A stretch of DNA of 63,751 nucleotides, counting the filler, from Pelomyxa schiedti (taxonomy: Eukaryota; Protista; Evosea), in NCBI GenBank assembly GCA_020536535.1. It is 6 parts of 6 records of this genome, joined end to end, with 100 filler letters (N's around TTAATTAATTAA, not from the genome) between each part and the next. Parts side by side here need not be neighbours in the genome. Positions count along the whole stretch, not along the records: positions 41,845 to 58,426 come from JAHLWZ010001143.1; positions 58,527 to 61,266 come from JAHLWZ010001905.1; positions 61,367 to 62,470 come from JAHLWZ010002830.1; positions 62,571 to 63,751 come from JAHLWZ010002730.1; 2 more parts are not named here. One strand, written 5' to 3'. Shown one piece after another: positions 52,208-62,677 of the stretch. The translations under genes were made by a program, and so were the position numbers. Position 1 is the stretch's first letter, and the number at the start of each line of letters is the position of its first letter. The notes beneath the pieces are model-generated. The model saw only the letters and a program-made list of their open reading frames with translations. It searched no databases and was not told where the DNA came from.

Positions 52208-53602
52208 TCAGGGAAAACAGCAGAAGGGGTGACCAACATCATAAATACGATCCAAAGGGAGAGTGACGTGGAGTACAGTGAACCCTGAGAGTGGTTCAAT
52301 CACTCTCAATTCATTGCCCTCAAGGGAAAACAACATGCCAGCCTCTGCTTCAGCGTTAACGCACTGATTCCTGGATTGCGATTGAGTTGCAGGAACACTG
52401 ACAAGAGGCTTGGTCGAGTCGTTGCAATCCCAGATGTCACACAGCTTGTTGCCCGAGGAAAATGAAACAGCGAAGAGTGATGAACTCAACTGTGATACCT
52501 TTGTAACATTCTCTGTTTGTGGGAGGGCGACTGCTGTGGAGCAGTTCTCTGGAAACTCAATGCAATGATATCGGAAGTGCGACATCACACCTTTCTCAAC
52601 GAAGCTCCTGGAGCCATCTCTCTTGGTCACAACAACGGCGTTCATTGTGAGGTAGGACGAGGATTCAACAACCACTGGGGCCATTTCACTCAACACAGAC
52701 AATGACTTGGAACTGAATGTCATTTCAGCATCAATCACCAAAAACGCAGAATTTTTATGTGCAGTCCGCTTGTGTAGCACCACAACCAGCTCGTTTGGTG
52801 ATGACTTGTTGAAAAAAAGCACCTTGAAATTGAAGTTTTCAGAAGAGTGGTTGAGCTTCACACCAACACAAGTGTCAGCTGGCTGTGGGTCTCCAACTTT
52901 CGAAATCAGTATCTCTAAAACACCTCCTTCAGCTCTTGAATTACTGGCAGCAAACCACTTGTGATTCACAGTACACCCTAGAGAGTTTCCATCAAGTCGA
53001 CCCTGGAGCACCAATGGCACATATTCGCCAGTGACCAGGTCATGCAGCCTGTAATTTCGCTCGAGGCGCCTCATGCTGCCCACCCACTGGAAGTTGATTG
53101 ATGCATCATAGCCAAGTGGATCAGGCATGACCGTTGGATCATCAGTGATTCCGAGAACAAGTGGTGACACACCAAACGACACAATCCAGTGGCTGGTTTT
53201 TTCGGACCCCCTTGGGTCAGCAATTTGTACAGCAACCACAAACCTGCGCCGAGTGTCCATGACCATGTCCCACACAATCCTGGGGGTGATTAAACAACAA
53301 CATTCGTTGGACAACCGAGAGGAAGAAGAAGCAGAACTGTTCTGTGCAGTTGCACATGTGTCACTTTGGCCCGTGTAATTTCTCTGAAGGCCCATGGGGG
53401 TGGCATCTGCCGACATTTGATTCAACGTTGTCTTTGACATCAATGGATCTGGTTGTTGTGGTGCCGAGGGCGAGGGCGAGGACGACGATGACCGATACCA
53501 ACCGCACCTTGGGTGTGCAACAATGCACAAGGCGACGAATTGGTCAATGGCGCGAAGTGTCCCATAAGCCCGCGGCGGAGGTGCAGGTGCGTACGCCGCC
53601 AT
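52208..53602 (-). CDS. Array family copy 4 (subtype B), intronless, 464 aa
   Basis: Same motif series; closest to copy 6. Confidence 0.85.
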   Translation of the reverse strand: MAAYAPAPPPRAYGTLRAIDQFVALCIVAHPRCGWYRSSSSSPSPSAPQQPDPLMSKTTLNQMSADATPMGLQRNYTGQSDTCATAQNSSASSSSRLSNECCCLITPRIVWDMVMDTRRRFVVAVQIADPRGSEKTSHWIVSFGVSPLVLGITDDPTVMPDPLGYDASINFQWVGSMRRLERNYRLHDLVTGEYVPLVLQGRLDGNSLGCTVNHKWFAASNSRAEGGVLEILISKVGDPQPADTCVGVKLNHSSENFNFKVLFFNKSSPNELVVVLHKRTAHKNSAFLVIDAEMTFSSKSLSVLSEMAPVVVESSSYLTMNAVVVTKRDGSRSFVEKGVMSHFRYHCIEFPENCSTAVALPQTENVTKVSQLSSSLFAVSFSSGNKLCDIWDCNDSTKPLVSVPATQSQSRNQCVNAEAEAGMLFSLEGNELRVIEPLSGFTVLHVTLPLDRIYDVGHPFCCFP

Positions 53603-53713
53603 CGGAGCTGTTGGTGATGGGGATTTTTTTTCGCGAAGGTGATCGATTGTGATGGGGGGTCAAAGAAAGGCATTGGGCAACATAGTTTTGAAAGAGGATT
53701 TTAATTTATTTTA

Positions 53714-54966
53714 TCAATGAAAACAGAAGGGAGTGCCAAGTTCGTACTTCTGATCCCTTAAAGGGAGAGTGACATTGAGAGCAATGAACCTTGTGAGTGG
53801 TTCCATCACTATCAATTGATTCCCCTCAATGGAAAACACAAGCCCTGCCTCTGCCTCAGCGGGGCCTCTGATGTCACTTGTAACTCGCACGAGTGGCCCT
53901 GTCAACTTGTTGCAGTCCCAGATGTCACATGCACCCCCGCTTCCAAGACTCATATAAACAGCAAACAGATGTGAACTCAGTCGCGCCACTCTATACACAT
54001 CAGTCGTTTGTGGCAGTACAACCACCTGGGGGTTATTCTCTGTAAACTGGATGCAGTGGCCATGGCGAGCTGGCGAGTGGCCTATGCCAATGAAACACCT
54101 GCAACCTGCTCTGTACATCAAAGAGATTGTAAACGCCCAGAGGGTCCATCCTGTCTGCAACTCAACACTTGTTTCACTCAACACACACAACGACTGGGAA
54201 CTGAATGACTTCTCAACATCAATCACCACAAACACATGTTTCTCATGTGCCTTCCGATTACTCACCACAGCAACAACCTCATTCACTGCCGACTTGTTGA
54301 ACAAAACCCTCTCTACCCAGCAAGTCACGGCCGGGTAACCAAGCCTGACAACAACAGACGTGGCTCCAGGGTCCTTGTCCAGGAGCCTTCCAATTGACAT
54401 CCCCAGCATGTTTCTCCCCTCCGGATCGCTTTCAAACCAACTTGCCACAAACCACACGTGGTTCACAGCGTGTCGAGGATGGCCTCCTCCTGATGGCAGT
54501 GCCCTCGGATACAGTGACACCTCTTCGCCGGTGACCACGTCATACAGCGCGCAAGGCGGCACCAGGCGCCTGGTGTTGTCCCCCACTCCAACTCCACTGG
54601 GATGAGACGGAACTTGGCTCTCATCTCATCAGTTGCGATCGCAGCAGGGTGACCAGCAACACCAAGGATCCCCAGAACAAGTGGCGACACCTCGAACTTG
54701 ATAAGCCAGTACATGGAACAGCTGAAGCAAGAAGGCCCGACGGCAAAGAGTCGACGTGTGTCTCTGACCAGTTCCCACACCAACCTCACCGCGTTTATTG
54801 CCTCCGACGATGGCGATGTGATCTGATTGTGGGACGATGAAGACGAGGAGGAGGGCCGATACCAACCGCACCTTGGGTGAGAAACAAGGCACAGGGCAAT
54901 AAATTGGTCGATGGCTCGGAGTGCCCCATGAGCCCGCGGCATTGTTGGTCCTTTCAGTGCTGCCAT
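53714..54966 (-). pseudogene. Array family copy 5 (subtype A), single frameshift
   Basis: N-part ORF 54463-54966 and C-part ORF 53714-54586 join at LEW(x)DNTRRL; shift at the C5 run 54580-54584. Confidence 0.8.
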
Positions 54967-55158
54967 CGTTTTACTGTAAATCGCGCACTGTTCTGATCCG
55001 TGTGATCTGAGCTCTTTCGAAAATAATCAGCAGCATTTTCGACGTACATGATGATGAACACCTCTGGGTGACAAGATACGGTTCCACAGTTCTGCATTAA
55101 TGAATTTCGATAACGAAAACAAAGCCAGGTGTGATATTTAAATGTTAGGTGAAAGACA

Positions 55159-56508
55159 TCAGGGAAACCAGCAGAAGGGGTGACCAATACCAGAGATCCA
55201 AAAAGGGAGAGTGACACTCAGCACAGTGCACCCTGTGAGGGGTTCTAGCACTCTAAATTCATTGCCCTCAGGTGCGAACAACATTCCCGCCTCGGCTTCA
55301 AAGTAGCTCATTCTGTCTCTGGTGTGTGGGGGCTGTTTTGCGGGAACACTGACAAGAGGCTTGGTCAAATCGTTGCAATCCCAGATGTCGTACAGCTTGT
55401 TACCTGAGGAAAACGAAACAACAAACAGTGATGAACTCAATTGTGACACTATACTCTTCCCATCCGAGTTTGGGAGGGCAACTGCTCTGGAGCCGTTCTC
55501 TGGAAACTCAATGCAACACCATTCACGGAGTGCTGCAATTGCACCCCTCTCAATGAAGCTCTTGGAGCCATCTCTCTTGGTCACAGCAATGGCAGTCATT
55601 CCGAGGAGGATCGAGGATTCAACAACCACTGGGGCCATTTCACTCAACACACACAATGACTTGGAGTTGAATGTGACCTCAGCATCAATCACCAAAAACG
55701 CAGAATTTGGCTGTGTGTTTCGCTTGGATAAGATCACAACGAGCTCATTTGGTGAAGACTTGTTGAAGAAAAGCGCCCTTATGTGGTAGTTTTCGGAAGA
55801 GTGGTTGAGCTTCACACCAACACAAGTGTCAGCTGGCTGCGGGTCTCCAACTTTCGAAATCAGGATCTCCAAAACACCTCCTTCATCTCTTCGTCTTGGG
55901 GCTGCAAACCACTTGGGATTCACAGCATACCGTAGAGGCACCTCACCATCAACTCGATCCAGAAACGCCAATGGCACATATTCACCGGTGACCAAGTCAT
56001 GCAGCCTGTAATTTCCCTCGAGGCGCCTCGTGCTGCCCACCCACTGGAAATTGATCGACGCAGCGGAGTCAAGTGGATCAGGCATGACCGTTGGCATTTC
56101 AGTGATACTGAGAACAAGCGGTGACATACCAAATGACACATTCCAGTGACTGCCAGGACCATACACAGTAATCACAAACCTGCGCCGAGTGTCCATGACC
56201 ATGTCCCACACAATCCTGGGGATGATGACGCAACAACATTCATTGGCCAAAGAAGAACAAGAATAATTGCTCTGTGCAGTGGCAGTTGCACATGTGTCAT
56301 TTCTCTGGAGGACCATGGGAGCTGCTGCGGATATTTGATTTGATGGAACCATCAATGGATCTGATTGTTGTGGTGTTGGTTCCCGGAACGACGACGAGTA
56401 CGACGACCGATTCCAACCGCACCTTGGGTGCGAGACGAGGCACAAGGAGACGAATTGGTCGATGGTGCGGAGTGTCCCATAAGCCCGTGCAGGTGCGTAC
56501 GCCCTCAT
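55159..56508 (-). CDS. Array family copy 6 (subtype B), intronless, 449 aa
   Basis: Same motif series; shares EGGVLEILISKVGDPQPADTCVGVKLNHSSEN with copy 4. Confidence 0.85.
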   Translation of the reverse strand: MRAYAPARAYGTLRTIDQFVSLCLVSHPRCGWNRSSYSSSFREPTPQQSDPLMVPSNQISAAAPMVLQRNDTCATATAQSNYSCSSLANECCCVIIPRIVWDMVMDTRRRFVITVYGPGSHWNVSFGMSPLVLSITEMPTVMPDPLDSAASINFQWVGSTRRLEGNYRLHDLVTGEYVPLAFLDRVDGEVPLRYAVNPKWFAAPRRRDEGGVLEILISKVGDPQPADTCVGVKLNHSSENYHIRALFFNKSSPNELVVILSKRNTQPNSAFLVIDAEVTFNSKSLCVLSEMAPVVVESSILLGMTAIAVTKRDGSKSFIERGAIAALREWCCIEFPENGSRAVALPNSDGKSIVSQLSSSLFVVSFSSGNKLYDIWDCNDLTKPLVSVPAKQPPHTRDRMSYFEAEAGMLFAPEGNEFRVLEPLTGCTVLSVTLPFWISGIGHPFCWFP

Positions 56509-57024
56509 CAGAAACGTGTGGTTGAAATTCTGTGAAAGTGATCCAAATCACTTTCTTTTTTCTTTATCCGAAACAGCGGAAACGGCACCAGGTTCAAAGA
56601 ATACGGTCCACCAAGGGATGAGGAGTGCCAACATGCATAACCAAGAAAAAAGGGGTAAACAAGTGGACTTGGGGATTTGCCAACAGCAAAGGAAGCCGAG
56701 TTGCCAGTGATTTCTTGAGTGAGTCCAAAGTTCCATTTTTTTTCTTCTTCAACTGGGGGTTGGTGTTGTAGATTTGGCAAATCAACACTCTTGTGTGTAC
56801 TTTTCAAGGAAAACAGAAGACCTGGCCAAGGACATAGAGCCGTACTTCAGGGAGAGTGACATGGAGCACAGTGAACCTTGTGAGTGGTTCNNNNNNNNNN
56901 NNNNNNNNNNNNNNNNNNNNNNNNNNNNNNNNNNNNNNNNNNNNNNNNNNNNNNNNNNNNNNNNNNNNNNNNNNNNNNNNNNNNNNNNNNAGATTTGGCA
57001 AATCAACACTCTTGTGTGTACTTT

Positions 57025-58290
57025 TCAAGGAAAACAGAAGACCTGGCCAAGGACATAGAGCCGTACTTCAGGGAGAGTGACATGGAGCACAGTGAACCTT
57101 GTGAGTGGTTCTATCACTCTAAATTCATTCCCCTCAACAGAGAACAAAAACCCTGAAGCTGCCTCTGCTGACTGTAAACTGATGTCACTTGTAACTCTCA
57201 CAAGTGGCCCTGTCAATTCTTTGCAGTCCCAGATGTCACATGCAACCTTGTAAGTGAATCCAGCACGCAGAAAAGAAACAGCAAACAGATGTGAACTCAA
57301 TTTTGACACTGAGCGCATATCACTTGTTTGTGGCAGAACAACGACCTTGGGGTTGTCCTCTGAAAACTGGATGCAGTAATTTCTGTAAGTTGACGACATC
57401 GCTCTCCCAATGAAACACCTGCAACCGGCTCTGTCCATCAAAATGAGTGAATTGCTCTGGACGTACAATTCTCTCTCCAACTCAATGCTTGTTTCAGATA
57501 ACACACACAATGACTGGGAACTGAATGACTTCTCAACATCGATCACCACAAACACGTATTTCTCATCATTTTCCACGCGACTCTTCACCACAGCAACAAC
57601 CTCATCCACTACCGACTTGTCAAAGAAAACCCAATCCGTTTTGTGACTCACAGCAGAGTAGCCAAGCCTGAAAACAACAGAGGTGGCACCAGGATCCTTG
57701 TCCGCCAGCCTCCCAATTGATATCCCCAGCATCTTTCCTTCCCGTAAATCACTTTCGAACTCGCCTGCCACAAACCACACGTGATTCACCGCATGCACAG
57801 GAACGATTCTTGTTGTGGGTGGTTGCTCTGGCATACCCCTTGGAAACAGTGACACTTCATCGCCAGTTGCTAAGTCACACAGCATAAAAGGTGGCACCAA
57901 GCGCCTCGTGTTGTCAATCCACTCCAATTCTGGGGCCTTGAGTCTGAACTTGAGTCTCAGCTCATCGAATGTGACCACAACATCACCAAGGATTCCCATG
58001 ACAAGTGGTGACACATCAAACTTGATCAGCCAGTAAACTGAGCTGCCGAAGTCATAAGGCCCGACGGCGAACTGTCGGCGCGTATCCTTGACCATTTCCC
58101 ACACCAACTTCACTGCGTTAATTGCCTCTGACGATGGTGATGCGATTTGATTGTGGGACGATGACGTCGACGACGAAGAGGACGGATACCAACCGCACCT
58201 TGGGTGAGACACAAAGCACAGGGCAACAAATTGGTCGATGGCTCGAAGTGTCCCATGAGCCCGTGGCGTTGGTCCGTCAGGTGTCGTCAT
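57025..58290 (-). CDS. Array family copy 7 (subtype A), intronless
   Basis: MTTPDGPTPRAHGTLRAIDQFVALCFVSHPRCGW ... QVFCFP. Confidence 0.85.
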   Translation of the reverse strand: MTTPDGPTPRAHGTLRAIDQFVALCFVSHPRCGWYPSSSSSTSSSHNQIASPSSEAINAVKLVWEMVKDTRRQFAVGPYDFGSSVYWLIKFDVSPLVMGILGDVVVTFDELRLKFRLKAPELEWIDNTRRLVPPFMLCDLATGDEVSLFPRGMPEQPPTTRIVPVHAVNHVWFVAGEFESDLREGKMLGISIGRLADKDPGATSVVFRLGYSAVSHKTDWVFFDKSVVDEVVAVVKSRVENDEKYVFVVIDVEKSFSSQSLCVLSETSIELERELYVQSNSLILMDRAGCRCFIGRAMSSTYRNYCIQFSEDNPKVVVLPQTSDMRSVSKLSSHLFAVSFLRAGFTYKVACDIWDCKELTGPLVRVTSDISLQSAEAASGFLFSVEGNEFRVIEPLTRFTVLHVTLPEVRLYVLGQVFCFP

Positions 58291-58526
58291 GTGGTCAACC
58301 GTGCTGATTTTGCTCTTGTTGTTTTGGTAATTTTCCTTCAATCAGTTCGGTGAAGGAAAAGCAGGGTGTGAGCTTTTGAAAAGGGATGGATGGAGGAGTA
58401 GGTGTAGTTTTGGTTTGTGGATGTTGNNNNNNNNNNNNNNNNNNNNNNNNNNNNNNNNNNNNNNNNNNNNTTAATTAATTAANNNNNNNNNNNNNNNNNN
58501 NNNNNNNNNNNNNNNNNNNNNNNNNN

Positions 58527-59857
58527 ATTGTAAATGACACCTCAATCGTGAGAACAATGAAACCAGACATTGCATCCATCACCAGAATCTCGTTCTTGTT
58601 GTAAGTGAGTGCAAACAAGAACCCTCTTCCTCCAACAACTTGCCTGAAGCTGTCACCACTGTGAACGGACCTCAGAGGATGAGCCACATTGTTGCAGTCC
58701 CACAGTTCGTATGTTTCTTCAAACCAAATGCAGAACACTGATGAACTCACTTGAGAGAGTAAACTGCGCCCCGTCAGCTTTGTGAGCTGATTCTTTGCCC
58801 CAGTGCAAGAATCCACATAGTAGACAGCTCTGCTGTTTGAGTAAATAAACACAGGTTGACCGGCACGATTCCTCATGATGAATAGTTCTTTGAGAGCATC
58901 AACAGCACTCACGCCTTCTTCCCTCGGCCACTGTGTTGCTATTGACATCAACACCGCCGGCCTGCCCGTGTTGTATGTCATTGGCAAGTCAAGTAATGTG
59001 AACTGTGCCTTATCGTTGATACAGCTCATGATCAATGCCTCATCAGGGTTTGACTGGTTCAGTACAACACGGATGCTTCCCTTTGCCTCCATACCCAACC
59101 ATACACATTCAAATCTACCACTCCCGGTCCTGTCATTGTCACTACAGTGAATGACCCTGTGCAACACCAAGACATAGTCACTCGCCCACAACCAAGCCAC
59201 CACCCACTTGCTGTTTATAATGCCAGCATCCAATCTAGCAAAAGTTTGGAGCACACCTTCTTTTTGAGTAATCAAACAACCAGCATCACTTTTTGCAGTT
59301 GCACTTTCAGCTTCTTCTTCTGTTGCCGCTGCTGGAGTGCAAAAAGCATACACACTGGATGGAGCCGGCTCCCTTGGGAAATAATTTGCAGTTGCAGCCG
59401 TTGCGTCGATCGAACGAACTTGCCATAAATACTCGTCGGGGCCGATCCACTTTGCGAGCTGCCTGGTGTCGAGGCGGTGCGCGACGGCGGGGGGCCGCGC
59501 CACGCCCAGCGTCGCGGGAGACACGCTCAGCGAGATGGCGACCGAGGCCCAGCCGCGGCGCGGACCGACGGAGATGACGAACTCGGCCGCCGGCCCGCGC
59601 GACGACGAGGCGCCGCAGGAGGAGGAGCCGCCGAAGTCGCGCCACATGGAGAGCATGAGGGGGGAGTTGGACGCAGCGGGGCGGGCCGGGCTGGCGGCCC
59701 CGCACCGTAGCAGCGACGACGCCAGAAGCGCGGCGAACTGGTCGCGGCACATGCCTGCCCCCGCTAAAGATCGTGTGATGTCGCCACTTTTGCTGGCGGC
59801 GTGCGTGCGGTGCCTCTTCGTTGTGGGAGAGCGAGCGGTGAAATCGTAGTCAGACAT
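58527..59857 (-). CDS. Divergent family member, intronless, 3' truncated by scaffold end
   Basis: CRDQFAALLASSLLRCGAASPA...MWRD, LSVSPATLGV, INSKWVV, NQSNPDEA, ELWDCN, GGRGFLF, VMDAMSG. Confidence 0.8.
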
Positions 59858-60015
59858 TCCGATTCACAGTGAAGTGCATTCGAGGAAGGCGATACAAGTG
59901 AAGTGGTGGGGAACCCAGAGCTCTAATGAGACGTGTTCCTCCCACAACTGTCTCCATTCTTTGTCTTAGGTGTAATCATCGATTGGGATTTTTAGTAACC
60001 TCGAAAGGCCAATCG

Positions 60016-61266
60016 ATGATTACCGCATCCTTCCCAACAACTGACGGTCCCATCGAATGCGTTTGCCGGGCAACGCTGTCAGCCCGCGACCAAGTTGGGA
60101 CCCTCCTCCTCGCTGCAGCTTCGCGCGGCGGCGCAGTCGGCGTCGACGGGGGGCCTACGCCGCCGCTGCGGGCCAACGCGCACACGATCGCGAGGCTGGT
60201 GTGGTCGCACGTAGCCGCGACGCAGGTTCGCCTCGCGGTCTCTGCGCGCGGCATGTGGGACGACGGCGGCGAGGACGTCGACGTCGACGAGGAAGACACC
60301 GACGAGGCTGTACTCGTGTGCCACAATGATGGGTCGTGGACGGCTTTTTTCCGGGTTTCGCCTGACCTGCTCGGGATTGTGGGACGCGTGGAAGTTAGGC
60401 CTGGGAGCATTGGCCGACAGTGGGTTGATGAGACACACTACATTGCTTACGGCCGTGAGGTGTACCCAAGGCTGGTTATAAGGAGTTGTACTGCCAGCAC
60501 AAGAACCAGAAGCGGAAGGGAGCCGGATGTAGAAGACAGGATTATGGAGTTGAAGGTTCCTGATTTCCGCATGGGAGATTGCTGTGCAAATGAGGTGTGG
60601 ATGGTGGAGATTGGCCAGCAAGTGAAGGAGGAGGAGAGAACGTGGTTCCTCCTTATCCAACCGTCACTGATTCTAAAAGGCAGTGATAAAGGGGAATGCG
60701 CGGCCATTCAGCTCCCATACAGAAACAGCCTTGTTAATTCAGTGGCATTCAACAAGCTGAACGAGCTTATCATTTATGTTTCACTGTTGGGTGAAGGCAA
60801 GGCATTACTCGCGGCTGTTGATACCATGAAATCATACTCCACCAGGAGCCTTGTTGTTATTGGTGGAACATCCTTCTACAGAGATGAACATTTCTGCATC
60901 ACCAAGTCGTTCCACATACAGGGTATTCAACACCAACTCAGTGGCCACACCTCATCGCCTTCCCTCACTGAAGCTGATGTTTGCAGGAGTTGTGGAGTTT
61001 TCATTGCAGTTGCAGGCCAATTGGATGAAAGTGGTCACCGAGATGAAGTCTGGCTGGTGGAAGAAACCAGTGGAGTGAAAAAGGTTCTCGCTTGCAGTAC
61101 TGACACCTTGAGGGTGTCGTGGATCAGTGGGTCAAAGTTCACACTTTGCCACTGGTCACAACCTGATTATGAGGTGTGGGATTGCTGGAACCCCTCCTCA
61201 CCATTGAAGGTCTCACCAGTCCCAATGATAACCCCCGATTGTGCCTCCACTGAGGATGAAAAAGTG
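60016..61266 (+). CDS. Divergent family member, intronless, head-to-head with the previous gene, 3' truncated
   Basis: LSARDQVGTLL...ARLVWS, FRVSPDLLGI, ANEVWM, AFNKLNEL, VDTMKSY, EVWDC. Confidence 0.75.
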
Positions 61267-61366
61267 NNNNNNNNNNNNNNNNNNNNNNNNNNNNNNNNNN
61301 NNNNNNNNNNTTAATTAATTAANNNNNNNNNNNNNNNNNNNNNNNNNNNNNNNNNNNNNNNNNNNN

Positions 61367-62470
61367 CATCCCAGAATGTGAGGGCGAGTGCAAAAGAGTC
61401 ACACTTTGAGTATGAGAACACACCACTGGTTCCCCTCGTGATACTCTTGAGGAACAAGCTCAGCTCTGGTGGCATCGTGCCTGTGTTGCCCCATGCCTGT
61501 GTTGTGGCATTGACGACCATTTCCAAGTTTGGGGGGCAGTACTTGGCCTCGCCAAAGTCAATCAGTGTCAGCTTGCCACTCTCTGGGTCAACAAGAATGT
61601 TGTCTCCCTTGATGTCCCTGTGTGCAGATTTCTTGTGGTAGAGGGAGGAAGGTACATATACCTGTGAACAACGAAATGTGACTCAATGTGCTCAATGGCT
61701 TTGAGAGCTTGAACAAACAGACTCTGTGTGAGCATTACTTTGGGAAAACTCGAGCGCGAGAGAAATGCTGACAACGGTACACCACAATCGGGCATGAGGA
61801 TGACAAATGATTTGTTCTTGCACAGTTCCCTGAAGGCAGTTTGGGCAGCTGGTATCCTTTCAATAAATGGATCTGGAAGGCTATATGCTTGTGTTATGGA
61901 GGCTTAAAAGATCTGTTCATACCAAGGAAATACTAAGTCACCAAAAGGATGGATCACATTTGGGTGAACGGTAGCCACCGAGAGTATCGCACACTCAGTA
62001 ATGTCGTTGCGTTGTGGTGTGTTGGCCCAGTCGAATTGAACCTTCATTACCATTGCACAGTTCATGTGTTTAACTTTAAAAACCACAGAGCTGGAGCCTG
62101 TTCCAATGAGTGCCTCAACCTGGAAATCAGTAGCTGTTGCTGGCGTGTCAGTCTCCTCCTGACTGCCTCTGGAAGTGAAAGAAACACTATGTCTTTGTGG
62201 CATGTTGGCTTTTCCATGAGGAATAAAGCTTGCAAGGGCATCAGTGGCAGAGAGCCTGAGAGTTTTGTCAGGGTTCATCATTCCAATCATCACCGACTGC
62301 AAAATGTCGGAAGTGTGGGAGACATCATCCTGTGCTGCTGTGGTCACCACTTGTGGTTGGGGAGGTGTCAATGAAAACAAGGGGACTGGGAACAAGTCGA
62401 CGAGCGACTGGGTGCTGAATGCACTCATGTCATGGTTCAGTGTGCTCCCAATGAACTTGTGGGAGGGTGG
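61367..62470 (-). CDS. Internal fragment of a tandem (double) Ser/Thr kinase-domain protein, multi-exon
   Basis: End of one kinase (GMMNPDKTLRLSATDAL) followed by LIGTGSSSVVFKV, VMK, HPNVIH, VVHR|DIKGDNILV, LIDFGEA, WGNTGTMPPE. Confidence 0.8.
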
Positions 62471-62677
62471 NNNNNNNNNNNNNNNNNNNNNNNNNNNNNN
62501 NNNNNNNNNNNNNNTTAATTAATTAANNNNNNNNNNNNNNNNNNNNNNNNNNNNNNNNNNNNNNNNNNNNGATGGGACACACCAAACAGCAGCCGACACG
62601 CGACGGGTGGTGGTCCTGTTCACGTGCACGGGGGCGTTGGGGAGTGAGCAGCTTATTCACTTAAAGTTTTACCAAGT

